Source: Xylophilus sp. (GTDB lineage: Bacteria > Pseudomonadota > Gammaproteobacteria > Burkholderiales > Burkholderiaceae_C). From it: 64,000 nt of DNA. The DNA is taken from the NCBI RefSeq assembly GCF_009914555.1, contig NZ_WNDY01000014.1; one strand, written 5' to 3'. Below are positions 20,990-28,639 of this stretch, piece after piece. Below the pieces are notes generated by a model that had not been told where the DNA came from, ran no database searches, and was given only the letters and a program-made list of their open reading frames with translations. The stretch's first letter is position 1. Every line of letters begins with the position of its first letter. The translations under genes and the position numbers were made by a program.

Positions 20990-21278
20990 CGTCGGCGCGG
21001 GAAGTCGCGGTAGGGCGAAAAGGGGCGCAGTCGATGCTATCGATGCGCCGCATTCCCGCTGGCGCGATTGCGTAGCATCGTTATTTGCGGCGGGCATTTG
21101 CCGCAGGCGCGCCGCCCGGCTGCGCCGCCGGTAAAAAGGGTCTTTGCCGCGCTATTCTGGCGATCGTCGACCGGCTGCGCGCCAATAATCGAGCCCAGTC
21201 CAGACCGGCCGTGCGCCCGTGGAGAGCCCGCGCTTTCCACGGCCGCCGGCCGGACGCCCGCCGCAAGGCACCACCATC

Positions 21279-21866
21279 GTGTCTGCCCCTTCCGCTGCCG
21301 ACGCAGCCGCCAAGCCCAGGAACAAGAAGCCGCTGGTCATCGGCCTGGCCGTCGTGGTGCTTGCGGCCGCGGGCGGCGCGGCCTGGTTCGTCAAGAGCCG
21401 CCAGGCCCATGCCGACGACGAGGAGGGCGCCGAGCCCCAGGCCGCCGCGGTCGCGCATGCCGACCCGAAGGCGGTGCCGACCTTCCTCGCGATGGAGAAC
21501 ATGGTCGTGAACCTGGCCGACCCGGGCGGCGACCGCTTCGCGCAGATCGGCATCACGCTGGAGCTGGACAACGACAAGACGGCCGAGCGGGTCAAGGTCT
21601 ACCTGCCGGCGATCCGCAGCGGCATCCTGATGGCGGTGTCGCAGCGCACCTCGCAGGAACTGCTGACGCGCGAGGGCAAGGACAAGCTCGCCGCCGACGT
21701 GCTGCGCGAGGTCTCCAAGCCGCTTGGCCTGCCGGAGCCCAAGGCCCGCAAGCCCCGGCCGCGCGAGGAAGGCGTGGAGGAGGACGAGGACGACGAGCCG
21801 CCGCGCCGCGCCCCCGCGCCGAGCCCGGTGCGCAGGGTGCTCTTCTCGAGCTTCATCATCCAGTAA
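21279..21866 (+). CDS. fliL: Flagellar basal-body-associated protein FliL
   Basis: About 195 aa with N-terminal KPRNKKPLVIGLAVVVLAAAGGAAWFV (TM), then FLAMENMVVNLADPGGDRFAQIGITLELDN...RVLFSSFIIQ, the FliL family signature. The start is uncertain (GTG at 21279 or 21219). Confidence 0.8.
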   Translation: MSAPSAADAAAKPRNKKPLVIGLAVVVLAAAGGAAWFVKSRQAHADDEEGAEPQAAAVAHADPKAVPTFLAMENMVVNLADPGGDRFAQIGITLELDNDKTAERVKVYLPAIRSGILMAVSQRTSQELLTREGKDKLAADVLREVSKPLGLPEPKARKPRPREEGVEEDEDDEPPRRAPAPSPVRRVLFSSFIIQ

Positions 21867-21881
21867 GGCGAGGAATCTCCC

Positions 21882-22886
21882 ATGAGCGAATCATTCCTGT
21901 CGCAGGAAGAGGTCGATGCCCTGCTGGAGGGCGTGACCGGCGAGAGCCAGCGCCTGGAGCAGGAGGCCGTCGATACCGGCGGCATCCGCGACTACGACCT
22001 CTCCAGCCAGGAGCGCATCGTGCGCGGCCGCATGCCGACGATGGAGATCGTCAACGAGCGCTTCGCGCGCAACCTGCGCATCGGCCTGTTCAACTTCATC
22101 CGCCGCAGCCCCGAGATCTCGGTCGGCACGGTGGCGGTGCAGCGCTACAGCGCCTTCCTGCGCGAACTCGCGGTGCCCACCAACTTCAACATCGTGGCCA
22201 TCCGCCCGCTGCGCGGCAGCGGCCTGGTGGTGTGCGAGCCGTCGATCGTCTTCGGCATCATCGACACGCTGTTCGGCGGCATCGGCAAGTTCCAGACCCG
22301 CATCGAGGGCCGCGACTTCTCGGCCACCGAGCAGCGCGTGATCAACCGGCTGGTCGAGGTGATCGCCACCGAGTACAAGAAGGCCTGGCAGGGCATCTAC
22401 CCGATCGAGCTGGACTACCAGCGCTCGGAGATGCAGCCGCAGTTCGCCAACATCGCCACGCCCAGCGAGATCGTGGTGTCCACCGCGTTCCACCTGGAGA
22501 TCGGCGACATCGCCGGCGCCATCCACCTGTGCATGCCCTATGCCACGCTGGAGCCGATCCGCGACGTGCTGTACTCGTCGGTGCAGGGCTACTCCATCGA
22601 GGTGGACCGGCGCTGGGTGCGCGTGCTCACGCGCGAGATCCAGTCGGCCGAGGTCACGCTCGTGGCCGAACTGGCCCGCGCCGACGCCACGGTGGAGCAG
22701 CTGCTGGCGATGAAGCCCGGCGACTTCATCGAACTCGACCGCCAGCCGCGCATCCGCGCGTCGATCGGCGGCGTGCCCGTATTCGACTGCCAGTACGGCA
22801 CCCACAACGCGAAGTACGCGATCCGCGTGGAGGAATGTCTGCGCGGCAGCGACTTGAACTGGATCGGAGAACGCGATGTCCACTGA
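21882..22886 (+). CDS. fliM: Flagellar motor switch protein FliM
   Basis: 334 aa with the N-terminal CheY-P-binding motif SESFLSQEEVDALL, then the FliM middle domain and a C-terminal SpoA domain. Confidence 0.95.
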   Translation: MSESFLSQEEVDALLEGVTGESQRLEQEAVDTGGIRDYDLSSQERIVRGRMPTMEIVNERFARNLRIGLFNFIRRSPEISVGTVAVQRYSAFLRELAVPTNFNIVAIRPLRGSGLVVCEPSIVFGIIDTLFGGIGKFQTRIEGRDFSATEQRVINRLVEVIATEYKKAWQGIYPIELDYQRSEMQPQFANIATPSEIVVSTAFHLEIGDIAGAIHLCMPYATLEPIRDVLYSSVQGYSIEVDRRWVRVLTREIQSAEVTLVAELARADATVEQLLAMKPGDFIELDRQPRIRASIGGVPVFDCQYGTHNAKYAIRVEECLRGSDLNWIGERDVH

Positions 22887-23304
22887 AGGCGACAACAACG
22901 GCGGCGGCGGCGTCGAGGACGACCTCTCCGCCTGGGCCGAGGCGCTCGAGGAGCAGAAGCAGGCCGAGGCGCCCACCGACCAGGGCGGCCCGCTGGCCGG
23001 CGACGCCGCGCGGCCCTTCGGCGGCGGCACCGGCGACGGGCAGGACATCTCGATGGTGCTGGACATCCCGGTCCAGCTCTCGGTGGAACTGGGGCGCACC
23101 AAGGTGCCGATCAAGTACATCCTGCAGCTCGCGCAGGGCTCCATCGTCGAACTCGACGCGCTGGCCGGCGAGCCGATGGACGTGCTGGTCAACGGCTACC
23201 TGATCGCCCCGGGCGAGGTGGTGGTGGTCAACGACAAGTTCGGCATCCGGCTGACCGACGTGGTCACGCCCTCGGAACGCCTGAAGCGCCTCAGCCGCGG
23301 CTAG
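22876..23304 (+). CDS. fliN: Flagellar motor switch protein FliN
   Basis: 142 aa with a C-terminal SpoA domain, VLDIPVQLSVELGRTKVPIKYILQLAQGSIVELDALAGEPMDVLVNGYLIAPGEVVVVNDKFGIRLTDV. Confidence 0.9.
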   Translation: MSTEGDNNGGGGVEDDLSAWAEALEEQKQAEAPTDQGGPLAGDAARPFGGGTGDGQDISMVLDIPVQLSVELGRTKVPIKYILQLAQGSIVELDALAGEPMDVLVNGYLIAPGEVVVVNDKFGIRLTDVVTPSERLKRLSRG

Positions 23305-23313
23305 CATCCCGGG

Positions 23314-23655
23314 ATGACCCAGACCCTCTTGATCGTCATCGCCTTCGTCGCCGCGCTCGCGGCGCTGCCGTGGTTCGTGCGGCGGCTCCAGCAGCAGCGG
23401 CTGCTCGGCGGCGCGGCCGGCGCGGGCGCGGCGCGCGTGGTCTCGGCGCTGGCCGTCGGGCCGCAGCAGCGGGTGGTGACGGTCGAGGTCGGGCCCGCGC
23501 ATGCGCGGGCCTGGCTGGTGCTGGGCGTGACGCCGCAGACCGTGCAGTGCCTGCACACCGTGCCGCTTTCCCCCGGCGCGGCACCGGCCGCGCCGCCGCC
23601 GCAGGCGCCGTTCGCGGGCGAACTCGCGCGCGTACAGCAGGCGGAGCAGCCATGA
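23314..23655 (+). CDS. fliO: Flagellar biosynthesis protein FliO
   Basis: 113 aa with a single N-terminal TM helix (LLIVIAFVAALAALPWFV) and the conserved VVSALAVGPQQRVVTVEVG...WLVLGVT. Positioned between fliN and fliP. Confidence 0.7.
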   Translation: MTQTLLIVIAFVAALAALPWFVRRLQQQRLLGGAAGAGAARVVSALAVGPQQRVVTVEVGPAHARAWLVLGVTPQTVQCLHTVPLSPGAAPAAPPPQAPFAGELARVQQAEQP

Positions 23656-24425
23656 GGGGTATGTGCGTGAAGCGCGCGCCATCCGTGCACTACATGGCAT
23701 TAACGGGGGGAGTATTGCTTCTGGCCGCATTGCCCGCCGCGGCGCAGCAGGGCGGTGCGCTGCCGCTGGTGATCGGCTCGGGCGCGGGCGGCACCAGCTA
23801 CTCGGTGCCGATCCAGACGCTGCTGTTCTTCACCGCGCTGTCCTTCCTGCCGGCGCTGCTGCTGATGATGACCGGCTTCACCCGCATCGTCATCGTGCTG
23901 TCGCTGCTGCGCCAGGCGCTGGGCACCCAGTCGGCGCCGCCGAACCAGGTGATCATCGGGCTGTCGCTGTTCCTCACGCTGTTCGTCATGGGACCGACGC
24001 TCGACCGCGTGTACCAGGATGCCTACGTGCCCTATGCCGCCAACGCCATCACCTTCGAGCAGGCGCTCGCGCGCGGCGAGGCGCCGATGCGCGGCTTCAT
24101 GCTCAAGCAGACGCGGCAGTCGGACTTCGCCCTCTTCAAGCGGCTGGCCAAACTCGACGCGGCGGCGACGGCCGAGACCGCGCCGCTGCGCGTGCTGGTG
24201 CCGGCCTTCGTCACCAGCGAGCTGAAGTCGGCCTTCCAGATCGGCTTCATGATCTTCATCCCGTTCCTCGTGATCGACATCGTGGTGTCCTCCATCCTCA
24301 TGTCGCTGGGCATGATGATGCTGTCGCCGGTGCTCGTGGCCCTGCCGTTCAAGCTCATGCTGTTCGTGCTGGCCGACGGCTGGAACCTGCTCCTCGGCTC
24401 GCTCGCGGCGAGCTTCGTGCCATGA
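23652..24425 (+). CDS. fliP: Flagellar export apparatus protein FliP
   Basis: 257 aa with ATGA overlap onto fliO. Contains LLFFTALSFLPALLLMMTGFTRIVIVLSLLRQALGTQSAPPNQVIIGLSLFLTLFVM and ...TSELKSAFQIGFMIFIPFLVIDIVVSSILMSLGMMMLSP. Confidence 0.95.
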   Translation: MRGMCVKRAPSVHYMALTGGVLLLAALPAAAQQGGALPLVIGSGAGGTSYSVPIQTLLFFTALSFLPALLLMMTGFTRIVIVLSLLRQALGTQSAPPNQVIIGLSLFLTLFVMGPTLDRVYQDAYVPYAANAITFEQALARGEAPMRGFMLKQTRQSDFALFKRLAKLDAAATAETAPLRVLVPAFVTSELKSAFQIGFMIFIPFLVIDIVVSSILMSLGMMMLSPVLVALPFKLMLFVLADGWNLLLGSLAASFVP

Positions 24426-24691
24426 CCGCCCAGATGGTTCTCACGATGGCGCGCGACGCGCTGACGCTGCTGCTGGTGGTGTCCATGCCTATCCTCGGCG
24501 CGGTGATGGCCGTGGGCCTGCTGGTCAGCCTGTTCCAGGCGGTCACCCAGATCCACGAGGCGACGCTCGCCTTCGTGCCCAAGCTGATCGCCGCGGTGGT
24601 CGTCTTCGCGATGTTCGGCCCGTGGATGCTGACCACGCTGGTGGACTACATCCGCCGCACCATCGAGTCGATCCCCTCGGTCATCCTCTAG
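24422..24691 (+). CDS. fliQ: Flagellar export apparatus protein FliQ
   Basis: 89 aa with ATGA overlap onto fliP. Contains LLLVVSMPILGAVMAVGLLVSLFQAVTQIHEATLAFVPKL. Confidence 0.9.
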   Translation: MTAQMVLTMARDALTLLLVVSMPILGAVMAVGLLVSLFQAVTQIHEATLAFVPKLIAAVVVFAMFGPWMLTTLVDYIRRTIESIPSVIL

Positions 24692-24702
24692 CGGCCGGCC
24701 GC

Positions 24703-25473
24703 GTGGTCACGTTCACCGAGGCGCAGATCATGGCCTGGCTGTCGCCGGTGCTGTGGCCCTTCCTGCGCGTGCTGGCGCTGTTCAGCGTGGCGCCGGTGTT
24801 CTCGATGCGGGCGATTCCGGTGCGCGCGCGCATCGGCCTGGCCCTCTTCGTGGCGCTGTGCGCCCAGGGCATCCTGGGGGGCCAGCCGGTGATCGACGTC
24901 AACGGCCGCGGCGCGCTCGGCGCCGTGGTGCAGCAGGTCGGCGTGGGACTGGCCATCGGTTTCGCGGTGCGGCTGGTGTTCGCCGCGGTCGAGCTGGCCG
25001 GCGAACTGGTGGGCCTGCAGATGGGCCTGAACTTCGCCTCGTTCTTCGACCCGTCGAGCAATGCCCAGGTGAGCGCGGTATCGCGCTTCTTCGGCAACGT
25101 GACGACGCTGCTCTTCATCGTCATCAACGGCCACCTGCTGGTGCTGATGGCGGTGGTGCGCAGCTTCGACAGCTTCCCGGTGGACGGCCACTTCCTCCAG
25201 CAGGTCAATGCGGTGCGGCTGTTCGACCTGGGCACGTCGCTGTTCTCCAGCGCGCTGTGGATCGCGCTGCCGATGATCGCGCTGCTGCTGTTCACCAACC
25301 TGGCGCTCGGCATCATCTCGCGCGTGGCGCCGCAGATGAACATCTATGCCGTGGGCTTTCCGGTCACGCTGACCGTCGGCCTGGTCGGCATCCTGGCCAC
25401 GCTGCCGATGCTGGAGCACCCGGTGCTGGCGCTGATGCAGCAGGCGATCGACCTGTTCGCCAGCCAGCGCTGA
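24703..25473 (+). CDS. fliR: Flagellar export apparatus protein FliR
   Basis: About 256 aa from GTG. TEAQIMAWLSPVLWPFLRVLALFSVAPVFSMRAIPVRARIGLAL matches the usual FliR N-terminus pattern, followed by multiple TM helices. Confidence 0.85.
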   Translation: MVTFTEAQIMAWLSPVLWPFLRVLALFSVAPVFSMRAIPVRARIGLALFVALCAQGILGGQPVIDVNGRGALGAVVQQVGVGLAIGFAVRLVFAAVELAGELVGLQMGLNFASFFDPSSNAQVSAVSRFFGNVTTLLFIVINGHLLVLMAVVRSFDSFPVDGHFLQQVNAVRLFDLGTSLFSSALWIALPMIALLLFTNLALGIISRVAPQMNIYAVGFPVTLTVGLVGILATLPMLEHPVLALMQQAIDLFASQR

Positions 25474-25475
25474 GG

Positions 25476-25721
25476 TCAGCGGCCCGAGGCCTTGCGGGCC
25501 GCGAGCACGTCCGGATCGATGCGCATGTTGAGCGTGGGGCGCTTGACTTCGGCGGGCGGGCGGCCCAGGCGCTTCTTGAATTCCCAGGCGAACTCTTCTT
25601 CGCCCACCACCCGGTCTCCGATCATGTGCGCTGCCTTTGCGAAAAATTCGTCCGTGAGTTCCGGCGCGTCATCGGGGTCGATCCAGCCGGTGGGTTTTCT
25701 CGATTTCACGGGCATTGGCAT
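25476..25721 (-). CDS. Small BrnA/DUF4415-like antitoxin-family protein (orphan, apparently C-terminally short)
   Basis: 81 aa, ...DPDDAPELTDEFFAKA...RLGRPPAEVKRPTLNMRIDPDVLAARKASGR, resembles the DUF4415/BrnA pattern (GRP..K..VSIRLD.DVL..FKA.G). No BrnT/RelE-like partner lies in the 39 bp upstream. Confidence 0.45.
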   Translation of the reverse strand: MPMPVKSRKPTGWIDPDDAPELTDEFFAKAAHMIGDRVVGEEEFAWEFKKRLGRPPAEVKRPTLNMRIDPDVLAARKASGR

Positions 25722-25760
25722 GCCTCATGGAAAGTTCGGGGGGTGCAAGCCGGCGCCGTG

Positions 25761-26390
25761 TCACACCAGGTTGTTGCGGATCGCGTAGACCGTCAGCTCG
25801 GCGTTGTTGGCCAGCCTGAGCTTCTCCAGCACCCGGGCGCGGTAGACGCTCACCGTCTTGGGGCTCAGCATCAGCTCCTCGGCGATGTCGGCCAGCCGCC
25901 TGCCGGAGGCGATCTTCAGCAGCGTCTGCAGCTCGCGCTCCGACAGCGCATCGTGCGGCTGGGCTGGCGTGGGCTGGGCCACGCTGTCGGCCAGCAGCTG
26001 GGCGACCTCGGGCGTGAGATACTTGCGGCCCTGCACCAGCGTGCGCACCGCGCCGATCAGGTCGGCCGGGTCGGCCGCCTTGCTCGCGTAGCCCTGGGCG
26101 CCGGCGCGCAGGCAGCGCAGGGCGTACTGGTCCTCCGGGTACATCGAGACGATCAGCGCCTTGATCCCCGGGTGCGTCTCGCGCAGGCTGGTCAGCACCT
26201 CGATGCCGCCGCGGCCCGGCAGATTCAGGTCCAGCAGCAGCACGTCGCATTCCGCCCGGCGCAGCAGCTCGCGCAGCTCGGGGTAGCTGCCGGCCTCGCC
26301 GACGACCTCGATGTCCATGCCCTCGGCCAGCGTGTCGCGGATGCCGCGGCGCACCACGGCATGGTCGTCGCAGAGCATCACGCGGATCAC
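25761..26390 (-). CDS. NarL/FixJ-family response regulator (REC + LuxR-type HTH)
   Basis: 209 aa from GTG, with a GTGA overlap onto the kinase stop. Contains IRVMLCDDHAVVRRGI...DVLLLDLNLPGRGG and C-terminal LSERELQTLLKIASGRRLADIAEELMLSPKTVSVYRARVLEKL. Confidence 0.9.
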   Translation of the reverse strand: MIRVMLCDDHAVVRRGIRDTLAEGMDIEVVGEAGSYPELRELLRRAECDVLLLDLNLPGRGGIEVLTSLRETHPGIKALIVSMYPEDQYALRCLRAGAQGYASKAADPADLIGAVRTLVQGRKYLTPEVAQLLADSVAQPTPAQPHDALSERELQTLLKIASGRRLADIAEELMLSPKTVSVYRARVLEKLRLANNAELTVYAIRNNLV

Positions 26391-27472
26391 GGCGGCGCCT
26401 CCGCGTCGGCCAGCGGAATGGACAGCACGATCGACGTGCCCTGGCCCGGCCGGCTGCTCACGTCGAGCCAGCCGTCGACCGTGCGGGCGCGCTCGTGCAG
26501 GCCGCGCAGGCCGAAGGCGCGCGGCTTGTCCGCGGCGCCCGCGGGCAGGCCGGGGCCGTCGTCGGCCACTTCGAGCGTGAGCAGGCCGCCGCTGCCGGCG
26601 ATGTCGATCTGCACCCGGGTGGCTCCGGCCGCGTGCTTGGCGATGTTGGTGAGCGCTTCCTGCGCCGTGCGGTAGGCCACCAGGCGCAGGTCCGGCGGCA
26701 CGTCGATGCGCTCGTCGGCGGCGCGCACAGTGGCCGGCACGCCGGTGCGGCGCTCGAAGGCGCCGGCCAGCCACTGCACCGCGGCCACCAGGCCGGAGTC
26801 GAGGACGGCCGGCCGCAGGTCGCGCATGATGCGCTGGCTGGCGCCGATGGCGTGCTGGAGCATGTCGCCGGCGCTGTCCACGTGCTCGCGCATGGCGTCG
26901 TCGGCCGCATGCCGGCCGATCCAGGCCAGGTCGATGCGCACCGCGGCCAGCGAGCCGCCGATGTCGTCGTGGATCTCGCGGGCGATGGCCGCGCGCTCCT
27001 GCTCGATCGAGGTCTGCAGGTGCTCGGCCAGCTCGGCCAGGCGGCGCTGCGACACGGCCAGCGCGCGGGTGGCCTCCTCGCGCGTGCGGCGGGCCTCGTG
27101 CACCTCGATGGAGCGGCGGATCACCCGCGCGAGCTGGCCGATGTCGTCCTTGAGCAGGTAGTCGGCGAAGCCCTGGCGCATGGCCTCGACGGCGGCGGCC
27201 TCGCCGATGGCGCCGGAGACGAGGATGAAGGGCGGGGCGCCGGACTCGGCGGCCAGCAGCGCCCAGGCGTCGAGCGCGGTGAAGCCGGGCAGCCGGTAGT
27301 CGGCCAGGATGGCGTCGAGCCCGCCGGCGGCCGCCCGGCCGGCGAAGTCCTCCAGCGTGTCGACCCGCTCGACCGTGAACGCCAGCCCGGCGCGGCGCAG
27401 GGCGATGCAGGCCAGCGCATGGTCGGCCTCGGAGTCCTCCAGGTGCAGCAGGCGCAGCGGTTCCTCGGTCAC
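26387..27472 (-). CDS. Cytoplasmic hybrid sensor histidine kinase (N-terminal REC, HisKA_3, HATPase_c)
   Basis: 361 aa with a REC-like N-terminus (LRLLHLEDSEADHAL...DAILADYRLPG), the H-box ERAAIAREIHDDIGGSL (NarX/DegS-type HisKA_3), and an ATPase domain (EALTNIAKHA...LEVADDGPGL...GLRGLHERA). No TM segments seen. Confidence 0.85.
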   Translation of the reverse strand: MTEEPLRLLHLEDSEADHALACIALRRAGLAFTVERVDTLEDFAGRAAAGGLDAILADYRLPGFTALDAWALLAAESGAPPFILVSGAIGEAAAVEAMRQGFADYLLKDDIGQLARVIRRSIEVHEARRTREEATRALAVSQRRLAELAEHLQTSIEQERAAIAREIHDDIGGSLAAVRIDLAWIGRHAADDAMREHVDSAGDMLQHAIGASQRIMRDLRPAVLDSGLVAAVQWLAGAFERRTGVPATVRAADERIDVPPDLRLVAYRTAQEALTNIAKHAAGATRVQIDIAGSGGLLTLEVADDGPGLPAGAADKPRAFGLRGLHERARTVDGWLDVSSRPGQGTSIVLSIPLADAEAPP

Positions 27473-27577
27473 GGCAGAGCAGGCATAAGGCCCGCTATCA
27501 TAGGCGCCGCCAGAGCGGGGTCGCAGGCGTGCCGAGCGGCGGCGTGGGTGTTTCCCCCGCCGATTCGCACGAAAGAC

Positions 27578-27604
27578 TCAGTTAAATTCGATTCCGGCCG
27601 ATAA
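27578..27604 (+). promoter_or_regulatory. Sigma-28-like promoter for the second che operon
   Basis: Perfect -10 octamer GCCGATAA at 27597..27604. The -35 region TCAGTTAA is only a weak match to TAAAGTTT/TCAAGT at N11 spacing. About 90 nt upstream of the first che ORF. Confidence 0.5.
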
Positions 27605-27694
27605 CCTTCGGATACAAGTGAGCGCCTGGAGTCCGGAATTTGCTGATGGTGGTGCCGCAGGCCGCACGGCCTGCCGAGGGGCGATGGAGAAACG

Positions 27695-28141
27695 ATGCAG
27701 TCACTAGATTCGACGCCCGAGCCGCAAGGCGCGCGCCTTTCCGTCCTGGTCGCGGCCGAACTGCAGGATTCCCTGCTCGTCGTCATGCACGACCTGCACC
27801 GGCTCGAAAACCTGCTCAACCATGCGGCCGACAATCTGCTGGAGCGCTTCTCCGCCGCCACGCAGGGCCTGAGCGACGCGGTCGTGGGCCAGTCCAGCGC
27901 GCTGGCCGAGGTGCGCAGCAACCTGCGCGGCGCGGTGACCGAGCTGCAGTTCCAGGACATGGCCTCCCAGCTCATCCTCCATACCACCAAGGTGCTGCAG
28001 GGCTGCGCCTTCCGCATCGCCTCCGAGGCCATGGGCCAGGAGGAGGGCGAGGAGGCCGCGCCGTTCACCGACATGGTGCCCGAGCGGCCCAACCCCGTGA
28101 CCCAGAGCGAGATGGACGCCGGTTCCGTCGACCTGTTCTGA
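27695..28141 (+). CDS. Short CheZ-like protein (putative CheY-P phosphatase)
   Basis: 148 aa, predicted helical. The motif ELQFQDMASQLILH aligns with the E. coli CheZ active-site segment AQDFQDLTGQVIKR (D143/Q147 spacing conserved, here D88/Q92). Has an acidic C-terminal tail ending DAGSVDLF (E. coli CheZ ends DDLLDSLGF). First gene of a cheY-cheA-cheW operon. Confidence 0.6.
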   Translation: MQSLDSTPEPQGARLSVLVAAELQDSLLVVMHDLHRLENLLNHAADNLLERFSAATQGLSDAVVGQSSALAEVRSNLRGAVTELQFQDMASQLILHTTKVLQGCAFRIASEAMGQEEGEEAAPFTDMVPERPNPVTQSEMDAGSVDLF

Positions 28142-28211
28142 GCCCCATGCAACGCCTGCCGTGCAGGCGCCCCACCGTTCACCCCATTGCAGCCTTCCCG
28201 GAGCCCCTTTC

Positions 28212-28574
28212 ATGCAAACTATCCTCGCAGTCGACGACTCGCCCTCGATGCGGAAGATGGTGTCGTTCACCCTGACCAGTGCCGGCTACAACGTCGTGGA
28301 GGCCGTCGACGGCCAGGATGCCTACGAGAAGGCGCAGCAGCACGCGATCAACCTGGTGCTGGCCGACCAGAACATGCCGCGCCTCGACGGCATCGGCCTC
28401 ACCCGCAGGCTGCGTGAGCACCCCGACTTCAAGACCACGCCTATCCTGATTCTGACCACCGAGTCCAGCGACCAGATGAAGCAGGCCGGCCGCGCCGCCG
28501 GCGCCACCGGCTGGCTGGTCAAGCCCTTCGATCCGAACCGCTTGATCGAAGTCATCAAGAAAGTGATCCGCTGA
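28212..28574 (+). CDS. cheY: Chemotaxis response regulator CheY
   Basis: 120 aa single REC domain, MQTILAVDDSPSMRKMV...LVLADQNMPRLDG...TTPILILTTE...AGATGWLVKPF. Confidence 0.9.
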   Translation: MQTILAVDDSPSMRKMVSFTLTSAGYNVVEAVDGQDAYEKAQQHAINLVLADQNMPRLDGIGLTRRLREHPDFKTTPILILTTESSDQMKQAGRAAGATGWLVKPFDPNRLIEVIKKVIR

Positions 28575-28639
28575 GCCGAAACTGAGGAGGCCGCCCCGCG
28601 GCGGCCGGACAACAACAATGCGATACAGAGGAGCCCGCA

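Noticed and set aside
21079-21086. AAATAACG (reverse strand), matching half of an FlhD4C2 box upstream of fliL
   Set aside because: The required AA(C/T)G(C/G) element at 2-3 nt spacing and the inverted partner box are missing. I also cannot establish from this window that the organism uses FlhDC.
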